NCBI GenBank assembly: GCA_010015805.1
Contig: ML978121.1
Coordinates: forward strand, 3,286,001-3,350,000
DNA: 64,000 nucleotides
Direction of reading: 5' to 3'
Source of the DNA: Rhizodiscina lignyota
Lineage: Eukaryota
In this document: piece after piece, positions 58,748-64,000 of the stretch
How the letters are laid out: each line of letters starts with the position of its first letter
How positions within the stretch are numbered: the first letter of the stretch is position 1
Notes under the pieces: model-generated
Databases searched by the model: none
Seen by the model: only the letters and a program-made list of their open reading frames with translations
Told to the model about the DNA's origin: nothing
Made by a program: the position numbers and the translations under genes

Positions 58748-59700
58748 ATGTCAGTAAATGATCATTCGCCCTCGGAATTGCTGTCGCGACTCGATGCCAC
58801 GGAAAACCTCTCTATTCTCCGCATTCGCGACTCTATCTTCGAGGACTCCACTTCAAGCCCGAACAAGCGCAACTCCGACATCTCGACAACGGAGGATGGA
58901 TATGAGAATGCCACTCCTGCGTCACTAGAGGCAGATTTGGCACACTATAGGGTATTTCTTTCACATTACGCATGCATGTGCCTTACACAACCATTGAAAT
59001 TATTCGGCGCATCGCGACATAGTAGCTTACGGAAACACAGGACCTCTTCTCCAAGCTTCGCTTCTCCTACATCGAGCAAGTCACCAAGGAGAAATTTCTA
59101 CGCGCCATTACATTCTCAACTCCGCTGTTCATCGACCCAGCGGATAATGCGCTGCTCGAACAACAGCTCGCGGAGCAGAAGGCGGCCCTTCAGCAGCAGA
59201 AAGCCGACGTCGCGACTCAAATCAAGCAACTCGAGGATAAAGCCAAGCAGCTAGTAGCGCGATATGATGCGCTGCACGCGCAGCGAGAAGAACTGGAGAC
59301 CCTACCGACGCAAGTCGCCCAGTTAGAAGAGGAGGTTAAACTACTCAGGGAAAGCGAGGCGTCGGAATCACGCGACGTGCATGATGCAGCTAAGGAGCCG
59401 CATCTGAGCCTCCCACTTGAGGAAACGCGTGAGCTCCTTGTACGGAAAGAGGCGGAAATCGACGCGCTCGACATGGAGCTGGAGACCCTGCGTCGCCAGG
59501 TGCCGCAGGCGGGATCCGAGTTGGAAAAGCTAGGGAAGGAACTGCGGCCCCTGGAGGCGCAAAAGATGGGCGCTGTCACGGCGGCAAGGGAAGCTAGAAA
59601 GAGGAGGGAGGGCGGCGGGATGGATGAGTTGGAGGGCAAGGGGAGATGGTGGGGTGCATGTGGTAGGGGGTTGGAGTCGTGGTTGCAGCTCGAGGGCTGA
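58748..59700 (+). CDS. Kinetochore coiled-coil protein, Sos7-like
   Basis: ASLEADLAHYR|DLFSKLRFSYIEQVTKEKFLRAI across intron about 58951-59040, coiled coil, then HLSLPL and LEGKGRWW. Confidence 0.8.
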
Positions 59701-62700
59701 AATCTGTGCGCCTCAGACTGAGGTGTCAGCGAGTATTATGCGGGCGCAAATGACGACTATTGACATTCAAGGACTGAGCAGTGCGCTGGAGCAATGGACG
59801 GACGCAACGACATCGGGACGCGCCGGTCCTCGCCCTGGTATAAGGCTGGAGACTGAATGTTAGTTTAAGGTTACGCCGCGAGGATTACGCACGTCTCGGC
59901 AGAGTTTCCAGGCAGTTGCATGTGCGCGACGAAGCAGGAGCTTGCGAGAAATCGCATGAGAAGTGCAGAAACGAAATCTCCGTTCATGCGGAAGTCTAAA
60001 TCGGCAGGCTACAATGGGACACGCAAGAGCAGACAGCGAGGGAATGATATGTTATACTTTCAAGATCGCCGATCCGATAACACAAGCGCGTGCGCGTCGA
60101 AATACGTGACCATGGAGTTGGGTTCACGGCCAAGACCTTATCGTCAGGGTCAGCACGTTTTCCTCCCAGTGACTAATCCTCTCAACCCCTCATCCTCATC
60201 GTGGACATCCAAGTTGACTGAGTCAATAGAGGTCTCCGATGCTGGGCATGGCCGTGAGGATATGCAGATGCTCGAAGTAGCGCCGGATACCCTGCGTCGG
60301 TAGACTGAGCGCAATACGTAGGGCGCAAGAACAAAACGAATTCCTCAATTGATGAATTGGCAGTTCGTACCGGACAGGCTCGACCAAATGGCTTGATAAT
60401 GATGGAAGAAATTCAAATATCGGGAGATAATTTTCTATCTGCGATTTCGGCCTCAGGCATTGGCTCAAGCTTCCTCTTTTGCGTCCGCGGAGGGTTACAC
60501 TGATATAGGGTTCTGCTTTATATAATGGCCTTATAAAGCTTGACACGCCCCGATCGACGATCAATCCCTCAGTATTTGAGTATCCCCAACTTTGTGTTGT
60601 ACGATCTACCACGAAGATGAAGACCAATATGGAAATGATCCCCTTCAACATGATACATTCCTTCGCATCTTGTCGTTCTAGGCTGCCCAATTACTTAAGC
60701 CATAAGTCGGCGGTGGCTGCATCGATTTGTCTATTTTTCAAGATGAGATGTTCTATCTACATCTAAAAACTTTGTCGATCGTATGATTTGCGTTTTCCCA
60801 CGTGTCTGTCAGATCCACAAAAACCCGCCGAAGGTACAGAAGTAGTAAGGGAATCGTGATGTGTGGAGAACTACCTGAACTATTTCCACCTGCATACAGG
60901 CTACATGAGTGTGGCGAAGTTCGACAGAATTGAATTATTGGGGTCGATGTTTGAGATGCGCTCCAATTTCCTGGTAGCGAATGTTCCCTCTGTACGGAAC
61001 TTTCCGTATGTAGTACGGCAGTTGAAGTTCGGGGAAAGTTGCCACCTGAGCATAAACTCCTCTGAGATCCTTTACCTCACTCGGCCCGAGCAACAATCCC
61101 CGAGTTAAAGCAACGAACAAGATCCATTCGTTTGAGAGCCGAACGAGATCCTCAGGCTTGAGCAGCGAATGTTCATAAAACAAAGCCCCTCATTCGGTGT
61201 GGCTTGGGCGAGTCATCTTTTATCATCGTAGCCGATCTTCATTGAAGCTGTCCATTTGCTGTGACCGGGTTTACCCTGAGGCAGCACACAGTACCAAACG
61301 TTCTAGACACAATGGAGAAAGAATAGTTTTCCGCATAATGCAAATAATGAGACCGTTGAAGTAGATCCGTAGATCCCGAGCCTAAGGAGCTGAGCCCGAG
61401 ACGGCGCGAAGACGGACTGCCATTCCGACCAAACAAGACGCCAGGAGCGTGTGTTCAACGGGACCGGCCCGTCAGCGTGCGCGCTAAAATGTCTCAAAAG
61501 ACCTAACCGCAAGAGCAGGCTCGAGGCAGGTGATCAGCGCTCATGTCGGAGTACATTTTGAGTATAGGATAATATGGGGGGCATTTGGACCCTGCATGCG
61601 GCTCATTAAGCCACATGCAGTCGAGGCACAAGAGAGCAGCGAATTTCGCGGCTAATTTGGCGAATGAGGAGGGTAGCGCCCCGGGTGTGGGAAATGATCC
61701 CTGGATCCAAGCCTGCGACAGGCCAGGCCGGCAGGAGTCGAGACAACGGCGGCCATTGTCCGTCGTGGAAGTGGTGACAGATGTCGAGTCAGCGCAAGGT
61801 AGTACTGTCGCGGGGAGATAGGCCGAACACTGGCGCCGTGGCAATTCGGCAGGTGCGTTGAGACAGATCTGAGGTTGAGTGAGTTGTCTCTTCTTCAACG
61901 GGCAGGTAACGCGCGGCTTGGGGCCCAGAGAGGCCTTATTTCCGTGTGCGTAGGTAAGAGATCTGGATATTAGCTAAGTGACAAGATTGCCGATGCAATC
62001 TGGTGACAATCGCCACCGCGCCCTTCACAACGCGCTCCAGAGACGGAAGGTGGGGTGCGAGTCATTCAGAGACAAAGATTAGGATTTGGACGATATAGTA
62101 TGTGCTAGTTTGGAAAAGAATCCGCAAAACATCTGATCGGAAGGACGTTCTTGAGGCTCGAAGACGACGAGTCGCACAACCACGATGATTGAGAATGACA
62201 GATTCGCGACGGAGCAGAAATTCGAATATGGTTAGAGAGCGCACCGTTCTCTAGCCCTTCTTGGCCGGGAATACACTGCCGTGATGCGTAAAGATTGGTA
62301 GTCTGTGCCTTATTGCGGGCACTAAAATCTGACTTAGCAGCGTACAGAAAGCAGGCTTCTCGACGGCCATCAACGTCGAATTGATCGTGGCACGAGACAT
62401 GCAGCATCACCACGGTAACATCCCCCTTCTTTTGGGGGCTGACGAGCGCTTTCGGGAAATATCGTCTGCATCACAAGCGTTTCGAGTGGGCGAGAGGCAT
62501 GAATCTCGCTCAAGCGACGCTCCTGCAGCAGATCAGCCGTCGATACAGCAGCGATGGACACGGCGAACTCCAGAAGCCCATGCTGCAGAGGCGAAAAGGC
62601 AGTGGGCGAGCGTGTGAGCGTCTTGTGAAATCGCGCCCTGGTCTTTTGGCCCCACGATGGGGGCGACAGCAGTGCTGTGTTATTGGCACGCCGAGAGCTC

Positions 62701-64000
62701 GACGCCGGGCCGTTAGAACAACGACATGAACCCGACCCCCTCCATCACCACCTACCCTGCTATCCAGGTAACCGCTTTTGTGGCGCCGTCCAGAGAGCTT
62801 CCACTCTCGTGGAGCCTCTCCATTCTCCAATGGCGCACGACCATCCACCGCCTTTTTGATGCCCGCTGTGCTGCCGCCCCATTCGTCTCTACCCGAACTG
62901 CCGCTCGTATCTGATGCACATCTGGAGTTGGACGACCGTCTTGCACTCTTCGGCGCGCCCTCCGCCCGCGCCTCTGTGCAATTGGCGGATGCTAATCCGA
63001 CACAATGCGCTGTGCCCTCTCCCGAACCCGATGTAGCGACGAAGGGCACGCGTGCTGGCCGATTGTGGCCGTTTGCAAGTTGCGCCCCGAAAAGCACTTC
63101 GCAATCGCATGTACTCACGCACCCTGCTGCTCTTCTGGGACTGGCCGCTCTTTGTCACAGCCAGCGACAAGCGAGGCGTGCAAGGTCGTGCTCCTGCGAG
63201 ATGCGCCGTCAACTCAATTCCTGCTCGACGCGGCACAAGGCTGATAGGGGTGCTGCCACTCTGGTCTGCCTGCGAAATGTACGGCGGCTCGAAAGACTTC
63301 AGCCGAGACCTGTGTCCTGGGATGTCGTGGATGTACGTACCAGGGAGCGAGGGGAGTGCCATGGTCGGGGGACCAGACAGCAGCCATGGACATCAGAGGA
63401 GGCCGAAACGCAGCCGGGTGCGCACGAGGCAGTTTGAGCGCGTGCGAGCATGGGAGCGCGCGCGACGAGTGCTGTTGCCGTATGTACTGTGCTCCCTGAG
63501 GGGAGGTATCCGGGCGGGCATTGCGTGTGCATGATGGCGAACGGGCGGCGCATGGAGGGCATGGAGCACCAAAGGCCCTCATACGACGGAGGGCGAGTAC
63601 ATGTCGACCGCAAATCTCCTGTACCGCGCACGTTACGGAGTAGCGCGAGCAGCAGCCTCCCCGTATTCGCCATTACTTACACGCTCCACTGCGCTGTGGC
63701 CGGGCATCCCCAGCATGGCAGCCCTGCGCATCACCATCTGCTCTCCCGCGTGCCTCGTAGGGTTGAGCTGGCATCTCGAAAGTCTCTAACGCTGCCACTA
63801 AAGGTACATCACAGCATCTGCTTCGTGCGGCACGTCTGCGAAGCAGAGCAATGCCGCTTCATTCCCATTTTGCCCCTTCGTCTCGCCTTAACCTTCATGT
63901 GCATCTCGTGCCCTTGCTCGCTCAGTCAGTCACCGTCCTGGTTGTCGCTGCAACTGCCTACTCCCGCCTTGTCCGCTCGCCTATGAAGCCTTTCCTGGGG

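Noticed and set aside
1..64000. tRNA, rRNA, CRISPR arrays, intact transposons or a Starship captain recombinase
   Set aside because: No cloverleaf with A/B boxes, repeat-spacer array, transposase, RT or tyrosine-recombinase motifs were recognised by eye. Small ncRNAs cannot be excluded without covariance searches.
62500..64000. Many overlapping 120-220 aa ORFs on both strands
   Set aside because: GC-rich sequence with Arg/Ala/Pro/Cys-biased translations and no domain. More likely the promoter or 5' region of a gene beyond the window.

Overview
Gene-dense, intron-containing DNA from a filamentous ascomycete (Pezizomycotina-type GT..CTRAY..YAG introns of about 45-100 nt). About 24 protein genes can be supported. 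The conserved housekeeping genes are RRB1, SPG1/TEM1, a WDR44-like WD40 gene, RNR2, GPI12, RLP24, a Sos7-like kinetochore gene and a GH17 glucanase. They are interleaved with accessory genes of families often linked to non-self recognition or cell death: two paralogous kinases flanking a DUF2235 pseudogene, two F-box/LRR-like genes, a CorA-like gene and a HET gene. There is also a small TauD-GNAT-Zn2Cys6 cluster. The most striking item only appears after manual splicing (35105-37301): an N-terminal HeLo-like/fungal STAND N-terminal helical domain fused to a C-terminal degenerate Cdc42 copy with altered P-loop, switch I and Q61 and no CAAX. This is a candidate integrated-decoy immune or cell-death protein, and it lies next to the CorA-like membrane gene. 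No tRNA, rRNA, CRISPR array or intact transposon was recognised. All family assignments come from motif recognition by eye, not database searches.
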